The position numbers and the translations under genes were made by a program. From Narcine bancroftii (taxonomy: Eukaryota): 64,000 bases of DNA. Location: positions 5,828,001 through 5,892,000 of the forward strand of contig NC_091480.1 in the NCBI RefSeq assembly GCF_036971445.1, read 5' to 3'. The notes beneath the pieces are model-generated. The model was not told the origin of the DNA. It saw only the letters and a list, made by a program, of their open reading frames with translations, and did no database searches. Below, piece by piece: positions 1-13,329 of this stretch; position 1 is the first letter of the stretch; every line of letters starts with the position of its first letter.

Positions 1-277
1 CCATACCAGGTGGTGATGCAACCACCGTCATAGGACACCTGTAGAAGTTACGAGAGTCTTCGGTGACGTACAGAATCTCCTCAAACGCCTCATGAGGTAT
101 AGCTGCTGGCGAGCCTTCTTCGTGATTGCATTGACATGGAGGCCCCCATGAATTTGACGTTCTTGACCCTTTCCACTGCTGACCCCTTGATGAGGACTGA
201 TTTGTGTTCCCTGGTTTCCCCTTCCTGAAGTTCATGATCAGTTCCTGAGTTTTGCTCACGTTGAGTGCGAGGTTGTT
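1..277 (-). mobile_element. Rex1/Babar-type LINE fragment
   Basis: Similar to the copies at 22560-23550 and 49120-50200 (GAGCCTTCTT.GTGATTGCA, GATGAGGACTG). Confidence 0.7.
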
Positions 278-667
278 AAAGAATAATAACGTAATGATTT
301 AACTGGTCACTTTGGACCCTGCCTGATTATTGTAAAGCAAGTTGTATGGTTTCAGTAATGTCCTACAGGGATGTTGCTCTGGGCTGTTGTGTGCATCCGA
401 GCGGTCAGTATGAGGGAGCCTTCCCTGTTCCCTTGTTCAGGGAATTGGGGAAGGAAAGTTGATTGCCTACAATGTTCGCTTCCTTTGAATAAGGAACATT
501 GCGATGTTATTCGCAGCTTGTAACTGGTGCTCAAGCAATCGATCTGCCTCAAGATCGAGAATTATGAGCGGTTTATTGTCTCACACGTGGAACAATGTCA
601 GTGCAGCAGGTTTTTACTGCAGCTGCAGTTCTTTTATTGAAAAGAACCACAATGAAACTACAATAAT

Positions 668-886
668 TGGGGCAGTACAGTTGGCGTAGTGGTCAAGGGC
701 TGTTATAGCGCCTGCGACCGAGACAGGGGTTTGTACCCGTGTCTGCCTGGGTTTTCCCCAGGAGGTCTGGTTTCCTCCCACCATTCAAAACGTACCCAGT
801 GGTGTGTAGGTTAATTAGATGTAATTGGTGGTACGAACCCGTGGGGTGGAAGGACCTGTTATGTAAAAATGTAACTAAATTTAAAA
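668..886 (+). mobile_element. tRNA-derived SINE (V-SINE-like)
   Basis: A-box-like GGCGTAGTGGT head and GGGTTTTCCCC...GGTTTCCTCCCAC core. The same family recurs at about 1125, 3100(-), 16170(-), 36620, 38115(-), 50900, 53575, 59865(-) and 63425. Confidence 0.7.
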
Positions 887-1246
887 AGCTCCGATGCGTA
901 ATGAATAGACAGATAATGGTTGATGAGCTCATTGCCTTGGTCATATGAGGTAGCATGAACCTTGAGTAACCTTTAGATAACCCCCATCCCACAATCAACT
1001 CCCTCCAACCTCCCTCTCCACCGTGTTCTCTCTTCCACCTCTCCCACCTTCATTTGTCTAGTACCCTGCCCACACCCTGGCTCCTGCTGCCCCTTTTCCT
1101 GTCTGATATCTCCCTTCCCCACTTCACGGTTAGTGCAGCGCATTGCTTGGGTTCTAATCCTCTGCTGTCTGTAAGGAGTTTGCAAAAACAACTGTGTCCC
1201 TGGGTTTCCTCCGGGTGCTCCACCTTCTACGCACCAAAGACATACG

Positions 1247-1540
1247 GGGTTGTTGGTCATTGGGCAGCGTGGGTGAGAAGGGGTTGGTTGGTCATTGGGC
1301 GGCGTGGGCTGGAAGGGGTTGGTCAGTTATTGGGAGGCGTGGGCTGGAAGGGGTTGTTGGTTGGTCGTTGGGCAGCGTGGCTGGAAGGGGTTGGTTTGTT
1401 ATTGGGTGGCATGGGCTGGAAGGCTTTGGTCGGTCATTGGGTGACGTGGGCTGGAAGGGGTTGGTTTGTCATTGGGTGGCGTAGGCTGGATGGGTTGGTT
1501 GGTCATTGGGCGGTGTGGGCTGGAAGGGGTTGGTTGGTTA
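1247..1540. repeat. ~35-bp minisatellite (~8 copies) amplified from the 3' part of a SINE
   Basis: Unit GGTCATTGGGCGGCGTGGGCTGGAAGGGGTTGGTT, directly continuing the SINE at 1125-1250. Confidence 0.85.
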
Positions 1541-1933
1541 TGAGGCTGTGTGGGGTGGAAAGGGTGAAAGTCTGCAGACGCTGTGAAACGCAGAAGTGCG
1601 GGAGGAACTCAGCCAGTCTCGCACTGTCCGTAGGAGGTAAAGATGTACGTTGAGGAGGGGCTCAAGCCCGAAAACATGGGTAATATACATTTACCTCCTA
1701 TGGACACCGCGACACCGGATGAGTTCCTCCAGCATTTCTGTGTTTTGAATTATGGGCCGAAGGGCCTGTTACCACGATGTATCTCATACTTAACGGTTCC
1801 CACCCAGAAACGTTGACCGCCTCTCTCTGTGGGATGCTACCTGACTGCCAAGTCCGTACCTTGCTGGAGATTCCAGCGACTGCAGTCTGTGTTTTACCTT
1901 TGGTGGGGAATAAACCTTGGTCACTTTGCACAG

Positions 1934-4900
1934 GTTCGACACTCTACCTGGCTGGAGGGGAGTATTCCAACGGGTCTGCAAGCAAGGTGATGTGGCGCTA
2001 CGATGTCTGCCATGACGTTTGGCATGAGATGGCCCCCATGAACGTGACACGGTCTGAACTGGGTAATCGTCTCGCCCAGACCCCGTCCTCCCTCCCGTGA
2101 TGTTCACTGAAGTTGTTCTAGTTATTCGATGCAGAAAACAACAACCCCATTGTGCGTGCCAGTCTGCCCGTGCGCCTGCGGTCTACCCACGTACTTTTGA
2201 TTCTTTTCATAATCTGGGGAGTGATGAAAGGTGGGGAATTTCCTGCCAAGTTGCTGGGGCTAGTTTTAATTACGACATGGCCCTTCTGGCTCACGAACCT
2301 GTGCTGCCCTAAAACTCTTGTGTTTAAATGATGGTGGCCCAGCTGCTATCCCAGTACTTTGTTCTGTTGGTGAGTGGGGAAGGGGTGCTGGTCCTAGGCT
2401 GTAGGAAGTGGCACATCCCGCCCAGTCCATCACCAGCTCTGAGGCCCCCACCCCCGTCACCCTCGGTCGCAAGCTCTGCTCACTGCTCCCTTCAGGCAGA
2501 AGGTCCAGACATCTGAAGACCACCACCTCCTTGAGGTTCAAGAACAATTTTCTCACTCCCCCCTCCCCAAATGTCCTCCAAACACTCTTGATCCTTGCTG
2601 GGCTACATTGACCCAAATGACAAACTACTCCAGGGCCACCAGAACGTCTGTCCACACTATAAAAACCCAGCTCATTTCTCACACCAGCTACAACTCGGAA
2701 TCTGATTTTTTCTATTATTTAATAATATGTTTCTGTCTTGGCAAATTGTAATCTAGTTTGTCCTATTGTAATTGATGTATTTTAATGTGGCTGGGCAGGT
2801 ACGAATTTCTTTGCCCCTGTGCATTGTACTTGTGTATATGACAATAAATTCGTTCTGGTGCCAGCAAAAGGCAGTGGGTTAATCGTTGAAATCCACCTCC
2901 ACAGTGACCTTGGTGGGTCCTGGTGACCCAGTACCGAGCCGTTACAGAGAATGGCCACAACATCCCTGGGTGGGATGCCATTGGCAGCCAGAGTTTGGTT
3001 ACTGTGTAAAATCCAGCTGTAAAATGAACCATCTGGTAATTTTACATTTTAATTTTATTTACAGCTCAGTAGAAGCTGATTCTGGCCATTGAAACCACTG
3101 CTGTCCCATGACACCCAAATTAACGTCCAATCCCGTATGGTTTGAAGGGTGGGAGGAAACTGGAGCATCCAGGGAAAATCCATGAGGACAAGGGGAGAAT
3201 GTACGAACTCCTACAGTCAGCGCCAGATTCGAATAGAGTTGGCTGGGCTGTAATAGCATCATTCCCACCGTGCATGGAAATTCTTGCCTGTTGCAACCAT
3301 GCAAATGGAGAGAGAGTGGAGTGCGGGAGGTCAGAGATTGGGGCTGCGTCCTGAAGTTGACCCGCGCTATAATTAAAACAAACAGGAGCAGAGCCAAAGA
3401 GTGAACAATCACTTCTTTACTGTCTTACACTGGCGGGAATGAGGGGTGTGTGTGTGTGGGGGTTGGGGGGTGGGGCTGTTGGAGCCCCAGGGCTGTGGGG
3501 TGACTGTGAGAGATACTGTACTGACCCTGGGTGCTCTCTCCATCAGGGTTGGCCATGTTGGACGGCTACGTGTTTGCAGTGGGAGGATGGGAGGGGAAAT
3601 CCCGACTGGACTCCGTGGAGATTTACAATCCGCGGACCAACACCTGGCGCTTCCTGGAGTCCATGAAGATAGCGGTGACCAGTCCGGCTGTGGTGACTCT
3701 GTACGGTCTCTTGTACGTGGCAGGTAAAGTGGGAGCAAAGCTCAACCTCCTGTTCTGAGGGGTGGGGGTGGGGTTGCTGTAAGTAAAGAGGCTTCTCTTG
3801 CCCTCTCAGGGCTCCCAAGATTTTGCAGGCAGCAACGTCGTCCCAAATGGTTCCCAATTGGAAAGGTAACCTCCAGAAGGATCAAGGCTGGATAGGGTCT
3901 GTTAATGGGCGTGGAAATCTTCATGGCTCGAACCAATATCACGGGCTGGATGTTGCCCAGTTTTGCTCATCATCCGTGAGAGACTTGCAGCACAGAACAG
4001 GCCCCTTTGCCCAACTCGTTGATGACCCTGTTGGCATTCTGGGCCAGTTCCATTTGCTCCACGTCTGTTATCTGGTGTCCAGCATCCAGCCTGATTGACG
4101 TTGGGCTCCCAGCTTGTGGGCAAGACTGATTTTTTTTTCAACCTGGCAATTTATTCTGAGCAGGAATTTCCCCTGGATTTGTGGGGGAAACTGCCCTGGT
4201 CTGGTTACGTTTTGGGGGGAAGTGATTGTCTCCCACCCACTCCCCACAACAGTGTGTGCCCCAGATACTGACCCTTCCAAACCGGGTGGAGGCCAGGAGA
4301 TGGAAGCAGTCCAACTTGCGGGAGCTACCTCCACGGTGAGGGAAACCGGTTAACTCTCTGGGTCCTGGGGAAGAGGCCCTGACCTGGAACGTGGGCTGGT
4401 TCCTCTCTCCACAGACGCTGCTTGACTGGCGTCTATTGAGTTCTGTTGGAGATGGTTTGAGGTGGACGTGGGAGGGGATCATTGTAGTTCCGTAGCACAG
4501 GAACAGGCCCAGCTTGTGCCCCTGCCGAATTTCTCCCCCCCCCAACCCAGCTTTCTTCCATTTACTCACATGAGGCCCATACTATTCCAATCTCTGCCCA
4601 TCATTGTCGATATTAATGTTTCCTCAACAAAGCTAACGTTCCTGCCTCCACCGCGTTATCTGGCAGCTTACTCCAAACATGCACCACCCACTGTCCCCTC
4701 CTGTCCCTTCTAAATCAAACCTACTCACCTGGTAGTTACGCCCTCTCACCTGGGGTTCTGCCACTCCTGGAAACACTGACACAATTCGCGTCGTCTCTAC
4801 TCCTCATGACCATCTTGACCACAATTCAACTCCCACTCAACCACCTACACTCTGGAAAACAGGCCCAGTTCTCCCCGTTGATTTGTTTTGTGAATTAAAA

Positions 4901-7900
4901 TGTGAGCTGGGGGGTGGGGGAAGAGGGATGTCTCTCATGGATTTGGTACATTGCAGGAAGCTTTGGGACCTTCGCGAATCCCAGTGCTTTGTGTTCCCGA
5001 AGGCGTCTGCTCTGCCCGTTCGAGGCGTTTCGATAGGGAACAAGGTTGGAAGAGGTACATCGGCCATGATTTGAATGCTGGAGCTGGATCGATGGGCCCG
5101 AACAGCTGGGTTCGCCTTGTGGAGCACAGATACTGAGGTAGAATCTGACTGGTTTGATTTCCCCCCACCCCCCACCCCAGGTGGAGCAGTGCTGGAAGAT
5201 GGAGATGGCATGAACCTGGTCCAGGTGTACAACCCGAAGACCAACACGTGGTCTGAGGTGGCTCCCATGCAGATCCCCCGCTCTGGCTCCGTGGCCTGTG
5301 TCCTGCAGGGGAAGATTTACGTCATCGGTAAGAAAGAGACTTGCATTTCTGTAGTGCCCGTCGCGACCTTTGCATGTACCTGGCTGGCATCGTTCAGGAG
5401 TTCCAACATCCCCATATTAAAATTCCCAATACTGGTTGTGCTTCTAAAATCCTGTCGCTTCCAACCCCCATCTCCCAACTCGGAGACGCCGCGCAGTCCC
5501 TTCCGGTCCATGAGCCTGGAACCCCCAATTACATCCCCATGTGACCCATTAACCTACTAACCCTGTCCTTGGAACGTGAGATGACAGAATGTGCAAACTC
5601 CTTGCAGACAATCGTGGATTGTCCTCTGAGACTTTTCTGCTAACGGTCTTTATGCTTCTCCTTGGGGTCGTTACTGGTTCATCCCCAGTGACATCAGTTG
5701 TGGGTTTACACATGGGGGTAGTCTGTTTCCTGGGTGCATCAGGTAGACATCTCATATATTGTACATCCAAGGCACAGAACAGATGGGTAGAGTTACACAG
5801 AGATGAGCTGGTTCAGAGCAGAGGCAACGTAATCTTACTTGTGAAAACACAACGCTGGAGAAACTCAGTAGGTCACCTGGTTTACTTCATACAGCAAGAT
5901 GATTAGAACCAACATTTAGGGCTCAAGCCCTTCATCAAGGTTTGGGGAGGAGGGGGGTTAGAGGAGCACAGTCCCTCAGGCAGGAGGTAATAGGTTGGTA
6001 AGAGAGGGTGGGCACAGCAGCAAACAGTGAAGGGGGGAGGTTTGGTTTTGGGAAGGGGGTGGAGAGCTGGAGGAAAGGCGATGGAGGGACGGGGAAGAGA
6101 GGGAGAACAGGAAGTGGGCTGGTAGAAACTGGAAAAGTTGATGTTAATGCCGTCAGGCTGGAGAGTCCCTTCCAGACCATAATCAGTGAGGATTGGTAAG
6201 AACTTCTCCACAATCTCCATCACTACCTGAGTACCACAGGACTGCATTCTTAGCCCCTGTTCTACTCACTTTACACCTACGACTGTGGGGCTCGGTACGA
6301 CATTAACACCATCGACAAATTTGCCGATGATACCTCGGTAGTGGGTTGTATCAAGGAAGGGGATGAGTCAACAAACAGGAGGGAGAGTGAAAACTTGGCT
6401 GAAAGGTGCACCAACAACAATCTCACACTCAATGTCTCCAAAACTAAGGAGTTAATTGTTCAGGAAGGTATAATCCAGTGATCATTGTGATCAGAGTTGG
6501 AGAGGGTGAGCAAATTTAAGTTCTTGGGAGTCACTATCTTGGAGGATCGTTCCTGGAGCCAACACACTAATGTCATTGTGAAGAAAGCTCATCAGTGCCT
6601 CTACTTCCTCGGGAGTTTGCAGTGATTTGTTATGACATTGCAAACCCTGGCAAATTTCTACAGAGGTGTGGAGGAAAGGGTGCTGGCCGACTGCATCACG
6701 GTCTGGTTTCGGGACACCAATACCCCTGAGTGTAAAGCCCTGCAAAAGGTAGTGGACACAGCCCAGGACATCACAGGCAAAACCCTCCCCACTGTCGAGA
6801 ACATTTACAGGGAATGCTGCTGTTGGAGAGCAGCAGCAATCATCAAGGATCCAACCACCCAGCACACGCTCTGTTCTCACTGCTGCCATCAGGAAAGAGG
6901 TATTGATGCCACAGACTCACACCCCCAGGTTCAGGAACAGGTGCTCCCGCTCCACCATCAGACTTCTCAACAACAAACTCCATCAGTAAGGGCTCTTACT
7001 TGTGCTCTTGCGGAGAAAGAATCAACTACTGACACCAGGGTAACACTTCGGAAGAGTTTTATTAGCAAGATATCTTGGAGAGCATGCCCAGCACCCAGCC
7101 TGAGCTTGCTCTGCCCACAGCCAGTTTTAACAGAGTTTCTATACAATAAATGGCAGTGCATTCCTGCATGTGGGCTTCCTGTTGTGGTCAGCCTGTCAAT
7201 AGTTTATCATTCTCAACATTTGGCAATAATTGAATCATTGTTTCACAGAATTCCAAAGCTTATCATGTCTGCAGAGATAAATCGCACCTTGAGGTTTCCT
7301 GCCTCCACTTAAGCAATTTGCAACTGGGTCTTGTATGTAACTTATCGGTGAACCCTTTGTGTTCAGATTTTCCTCTACAGTCCACTTATTAAAACACCCA
7401 TTAAAATATCCGAGATCTCAAATGGGGTCTCCTCCTTCACTATTAGTAGATTCTTTCAGATCTGCTATCAGCTTTAAATTAAAACTTCCCCCGTACGGCT
7501 ATTCATTCGTGAACCACCCATATAGATCATTACTGAATGGGACGGCACAATTCCAGTTTCCCGTTTCTCTCATCACAATGTCAGCTGGAGAGCCCAGAGG
7601 CTGCAACGGATCTCCTACCAGTTGGCGACGTCTCCGTTGTTCCTTTCCTTGGGTCTTTAGTGGCTTTCTTCATCGGGGGTCGTTGTTGTGGCCCGGGAAC
7701 AGACTTGTGTGCTCGACTGGGAATAATTGCCTTGCTGAGCTGATTTCCCAAGTTGGTCTTTTGTTAAATTTTAACAACAGTGGTACAATATATACACACT
7801 TGTCAGTTCCCTTACTTTACAGCGCGTGCACCGGTGCCTCGAGAAACTCCTACTCTCTGTACATCACCTCACCCTTTCAAGCGGAGATTTTGGTGTGTGA

Positions 7901-10900
7901 GCCTGCCTCACCCCCTTTCAGCTAGGTTCTTGGCTAGGGCCGTCGCCCACTCACTCCTACGGGACCCTCAGTCCCAGGTTCGTGATCCTGTCAAATAGGA
8001 CCCTGCTCGCAGCGCCAAATTTGTTGCAGAGAAAGAATGAACTACCGACACCAGGGTAACTCTTCGGAAGAGTTTTATTAGCAAGATATCTTGGAGAGCA
8101 TGGCCAGCACCCAGCCTGAGCTTGCTCTGCCCACAGCCAGTTTTAACAAGAGTTTATTTACAATAAATGGCAGTCCATTCCTGCATGTGGGCTTCCTGTT
8201 GCGGTCAACCTGACAATAGTTTATGTTTATCATTCTCAACATTTGGCAATAATTTAATCATTGTTTTTCATGTGAAAAATGGTTGGAAGTGACTAATCGC
8301 ACCATTCTGTGAAAAGTGATGGAATGCAAAGTATGTAGATTAGAGCTTGAGAGTAGACGGTACTCGCTAGTGGGCCCCTTCCTATCAGGATCCCCAAGGA
8401 TGCAAGGATCTGGTTCAGGCTGGTACAGTGACCTAAGGTAGTCTATAGCTAGTACTGGACTTGCTTAATAGAGACATAAATATTAACTTAGACGCCCCGA
8501 AGGGAGGGAATGAACTAATTAACATAACATACGATGTATGAAGAGGGAGGAACTGAGTGATACCTGGATTGATGGAAGGGAGAAGGAGAATGTTGTAATG
8601 TATTGGGATTCTGATTGGAAGAAGGTGAATGAAGGTGGGGTGATGTTGAACGCGGGACTGCACAAAAGAGTGATGATTCTGAACCTCCGGTGTGTCTCCA
8701 GACCAGGGACACCTGACTCTGCAGACTCGAAATAAAGCTGAACCTGTTCTCCAAGACTTTGTCTCCAGAGTAGTGATTGTGAACACTTTATATTTCACAC
8801 ACAGAATTCCAAAGCTTATCATGTCTGCAGATAAGCGTGTCTGCTAAATCGCACCTTGAGGTTTCCTGCCTCCACTTAAGCAGTATGCAACTGACTCCTG
8901 TATGTTCTTGTAAACAACTTATAGGTGAACCCTTAACCCTTTGTGTTCATATTTTCCTCCACATGTGCACTTTATTGATTTTCTTTTTGTTCTCTCTGTA
9001 TTGCAGTTTGTTTACATTCGTTATCTGTTTACATGTTAATGTTGTGTACAGTTTTGCACTACCAATTAGTGGTAATTCTGCTGCGCCCATACAAAAGGAA
9101 TCTCAGAGATGTACGTGATGTTGTGTCGTGTATGTACTATGACAATACAATAAATCTGAAATCTGAGGGCCCAGACGGAATGCCATCTGGTTGGAGAGAT
9201 TTGGCAAACTAGAAAGTGTCCTTGAACCTCACACAGGAGGTGGGCGGGGGGGGGGTGGGTGGGTGGTTTGAAGAGGATGGTGGCCAGGGTGGGATGAGTC
9301 TTTTAATATGTTGGCTGCTTTTCCAAGACATTGGGAGGTGTGAAGAAGGAGGTGATGATCAGGGCCATGTTCCCAAATCTCTACAGGTTCTTGTGGACTG
9401 GGGCAGAGCAGTTCCTGTTCTACGCAGTGATGCACCCTGACAGGAGGCTTTCAGAGGGGCACCTGTAGAGGTTGTTGAGGGACACGGGGGCGGGGGTGAA
9501 ACGACTGTTTGTGACGTTGACGTTGAGATGTGTGACTCTCCTCCAGGTGGCTGGCACGCCTCCACAGAAAACACTGATAAGGTGGAGCAGTATGACCCCA
9601 AGACCAACACCTGGAAGATGTGTGCCCCGATGAAGGAGCGCCGCTACCGGCCAGGGGTGGCTGCGATCAACGACAAGATCTATGTGATGGGAGGAGAGGA
9701 AGGATGGGATCGGTACGTGCCACTGCTCGCAGAATGGGTTTTAAACACAGCTGGTGGCATCAGGACGAAGGCCTTCAGACCAGCTAAAAAAATGTCCGAT
9801 ATCCAATCCGATTCCATCACCTTCCTAATAACCAATCACAGAGGTGTTGAAACTGACCCAAACACAATAATAAACTGCAGATGCCAGAAAGTGGAGGTAA
9901 AAACAAGAGGTTGGTTAAAAACCAGGTCAGGCAGCATCTGAGGAAAGAGAATGTTTGTGCTTCTAGATAAGGGCCTTTGACAGTGCCGTACAGTATCCGG
10001 CACCTGTGGAGATTGGTAGACTCCAGATAAGTGTATTTACCGGTTGCTTGAGATTACGTGTTGCATGGATTGGCGAACTGACAACTCAGGGGCACCAGTT
10101 TAAACAATCGTATTTTTTGCCTATTTATTTTCTTATTTTCCACAATTTTTTTTAACCAGTTGCTTGAATTGCAGATAACAAGGATTTTACTGTATTTTGT
10201 TTTCTCTCATCCACATTGTCTTGTGGTGGAGATTTTCACGTTTCGTACCATCTCTGGCTTGAGTGTCTGTGCTGGATCCAATGCCAAATGAAACTGGACC
10301 CCTCTGCCACCACTTCCACTGTAGCCCTGTTCCGTGTCTGTCTGTCCCAGAGAGGACATCACCGATGTCAGCCATTATCTTTCTGTCTCTTTCATTGGCA
10401 CTTCTGCCTATCACCGAATACTACCCCAACCACGGACACTCAATGACTGAAGGGATTGTTTTGCTTCTTTTTCTCTTGAACTGCAAGGGCTGACGGGCAA
10501 AACAATGGAGACTCTTTGTGCCTTGTGGTAGGCAGAAGGCAATTCTGTGTAATATTACATGTTATGAACTATTACATGACAATAAGGAATCTTGAATAAC
10601 CACACAGGAGGCTGCAAGAACACACTCTGCTGGGGGAGCTCAGCAGACCAACCAATATTGCTGAGAGGAACCCATCATCAGTTCTGCTCACTTCATTACA
10701 GGAAGGATGTGGAGACTATGAGAGGGGGCAGAGGAGATTTTTACCACTGTTTCCTGGATTGGAAAATAAGTCTATGAGGCAAGGTTAGCAGAGCTGGGAC
10801 TTTTCTCTCTGGAGCGCAGAAGGATAAGAGGAGACTTGATAGAGGTCTACAAGATTCTGAGAGGCATAGATAGGGTGGGCAGCCAGGCCAGTTTCCAAGG

Positions 10901-11536
10901 GCAGGATCAGCAAACACCAGAGGACGTGTGTTCAAAGTGAAGGGAGGGAAATTTAGGGGAGACGTCAGGGGTAAGTTTTTTTTTTTACAGTTGTGGGGGC
11001 CTGGAATGCCTTGCCAGGATTGGTGGTGGAGGCTGGAACATTAGGGGCATTTAAGACACATGGATAGAAGAAAAATAGAGGATTACCGACCGGGTCTGGA
11101 GGATTTAGTATTTTTGGTTGGGACAACATTGAAGGCTGAAGGGTCAGCACTATGCTGTACTGTTCAGTGGAGACCTTGTGAAGGGTTCTGTCCGAAAATC
11201 TTGACTATCTTCTCCAACCGTTGCTGCTTGACCACGGAGATCCTCCAGCAGATTGAGTTGTGCTGCAGACAGAGGTGGCTCTGAATCCAGCATCAGGTGT
11301 GAATGAATTTGGGATTGTGTATGCATGAAGAATCGTTGAAGTCAGGATAATCTCTGCCTCTGGATCCTTCCATCTCCAGGTACCACGACACCATCGAGCA
11401 GTACAGTGAGGAGAACGGGAAGTGGGAGATATTCGGAGAGATGCTCACATGTCGCAGCTGGTTGAGTTGCGTTACAGTCCTGGTGCACAGCGAGACGTGG
11501 CCTGGCTTCTCAGCACAAGGCGTTAGCGTAGACTGA
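1934..11536 (+). CDS. Kelch-repeat (KLHL-like) protein, 3' part; the 5' exons lie upstream of the window
   Basis: Exons 1934-2062, 3547-3723, 5181-5327, 9547-9712 and 11380-11536 (TGA), all with AG/GT junctions and matching phases (1,1,1,2). The translation gives successive kelch blades with the GG..Y..W signature ([53 protein letters not shown]). The specific orthologue was not recognised. Confidence 0.9.
7006..8963 (-). mobile_element. Short non-autonomous LTR retroelement / ERV remnant with a tRNA-Ser-like primer binding site (PBS)
   Basis: Direct repeats at 7006-7379 and 8022-8963 (the latter interrupted). 5-bp target site duplication (TSD) TGTGC at 7001-7005 and 8964-8968. PBS TGGCGCTGCGAGCAGGGT on - (8017-8000), 4 nt from the LTR end. 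The internal region is only ~640 bp. Confidence 0.85.
8271..8799 (+). mobile_element. Solo LTR nested in the 5' LTR of the element above
   Basis: Termini TGTGAAA...TTTCACA and AATAAA near 8730. The host LTR sequence resumes on both sides, as shown by comparison with 7006-7379. Confidence 0.75.
10680..11165 (+). mobile_element. CR1-type LINE 3' fragment
   Basis: AGGAAGGATGTGGAG...GAGGAGACTTGATAGAGGTCTACAAGATT. The same family occurs at 13760-14220, 17690-17920 and 41710-42330(-). Confidence 0.75.
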
Positions 11537-12077
11537 TGGGTGCATCTTCCATCGCCTCTGGTCCAGAGCCATCAGCTACAGTTGGCCGAATTCTCCCAAG
11601 GACACTCCGCTCCTCTCCCAAGTACGTTTATCCAAGCACTTTTGGGTTCTATGTCAGCACATGCAGCCTGGGAACAAGCAGAGTGGGACATGACCCCATA
11701 CAAAACTCCATGGGTTTGACGAGGAATGTGGGAGGGGTCTCCTGGAGGGTGCATTCCTCCTCACTGCCCGATCAAAGGTGAAAACCTCATTTCACCGGCG
11801 GTCGGGTTCTGAACGCACTGGATGCATCTCCAAATTAATACTTCAGGGTTCCAAAAACGCCATAAAACGAGGTCATTTCCTTCCTCCTGGGGACATCTTG
11901 GTGTCCACATTCCGACACTCTGCCAGGGATGACCAGCTTCAGGGGGAGATGTTTTGAACAGAGCCCTTCATCAAAATGTGAAAGGTTCATCTATTCCTGC
12001 TTCTCCCACTGAAGCGGCTCGATCTGCTGAGCAGTTTCTTTTTTTGCTCTAGATTCCAGCATCTGCAGTCTCTAGAG

Positions 12078-12218
12078 CAGGGCTTCTCCACATACCACCT
12101 TAGGTAATCCCTTCCTGACCTCAGAGCACTTGTGGTGTAGGTTGCCACAGGTGCTCTGGTTAGTAAGGCATTACTTACAGTGGTACATGAGGGGAAAGAG
12201 AAAGGTCGAGAAGCCCTG
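12078..12218. mobile_element. hAT-like MITE in the kelch 3'UTR
   Basis: Terminal inverted repeats CAGGGCTTCTC/GAGAAGCCCTG, palindromic interior, imperfect 8-bp TSD CTCTAGAG/CTCTAGTA. Relatives at 56604-58319 and 58733-58841. Confidence 0.7.
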
Positions 12219-13329
12219 CTCTAGTAGGTCACTTAAACTGCAAAATCTGAAGTATTTACGGTAGTGTCCAGATGCCCTCATCTGCACAGATCTAGCCAAA
12301 CTTCTCATCAGTTGGAAAGCATCAATTTAACAAAAAAATATTATTTTTCGCTTTTCAGCTGTTTTGCGATAGTATAAACATTGACACTTCACTGTACCTG
12401 AAGATGAATCGAGAATTATTTTTGTACCAATCATTTGAGATGTATACGTCCATCTACCTGCAATAATGTTTGTTCCCAAGTTTGCAGTCTTGGGTAGGAG
12501 TAAACTTGCACAGTTCAAGGGGATATAAATTTACAGCTTGGTTTAAAAGTTCTTTACCCTGAACATCCACCTTTATTAATTTGAGTAAGGATACAGGTTC
12601 AAACTCAACTTTTTTCATTGCACATTTTAAAATGGGTTACAGTACTGCAGCCAGCGACAGGGTAGTAAACTAATGTTGGCAGATGGCGATGCCTGACCCT
12701 CGAGCCACTCCCAGGAAAGGGTTCCTCTCGCCTTGCCTTGAAGGAAGGATTGTGCGACGAGATGATCAACAGCGCTGGCCAGGCGCCAGCTTCGGTTGAC
12801 CATGAGCCTAAATATCACGCACAGTGAACTGTCAGTGGAGGGGTTAACTGTTGCTGAAGAGCAACTCCCCAAAGGAAGCTGGCATCTTTGCACGAGAATT
12901 GTGGTTAAGGCTTAGTTGTAAGAATTGTTGCTGTGAATTTCTCTGTCTAATTTGAGGTGCTGTTTCTCCTCCCCCAGTGTCTTGGCTAACGAAATAAAAC
13001 TACCTTTTATTCTTAGATCTTTTAAATATTGGCGATTTGAGAGCTGACACGTTTTTTGTTCGATTTTGTTGCACAAATAATAGCTTAAATTCACGACTAT
13101 ACTTTTGCACGAGCAGTGTAAATTTTTAATGGCAGCAGTGATGTATAAACCCTATGGGTTTTAGGTAAATCACTGTTCAAATGTTTAACTGTTTTTATAC
13201 TTCAGTATTTCAAATTATTAAAGTTGTTAAAACTATTTCGTATAAATTCTGTGGCTGTTAGAAATTAGTATGAAATATTTTTGTTTGCCACTGTGGCCTG
13301 TAAAAGCCAAACTGGAGCCTCATGTTCTC

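Larger units (their letters stand above)
6170..9165 (+). mobile_element. Rex1/Babar-type LINE (RT C-terminus and 3'UTR), split by an LTR element at 7006-8963
   Basis: Degenerate KFADDT motif near 6320 and the peptide [20 protein letters not shown]....[15 protein letters not shown]. The 3'UTR resumes at 8964 and ends in AATAAATCTGAAATCTGA. Confidence 0.8.

Noticed and set aside
1054-1653. 199-aa Trp/Gly-rich ORF
   Set aside because: It is the translation of a SINE plus minisatellite inside a kelch intron.
7359-7925. 188-aa ORF in the LTR element interior
   Set aside because: It is antisense to the element and has no gag, pol or env motifs.
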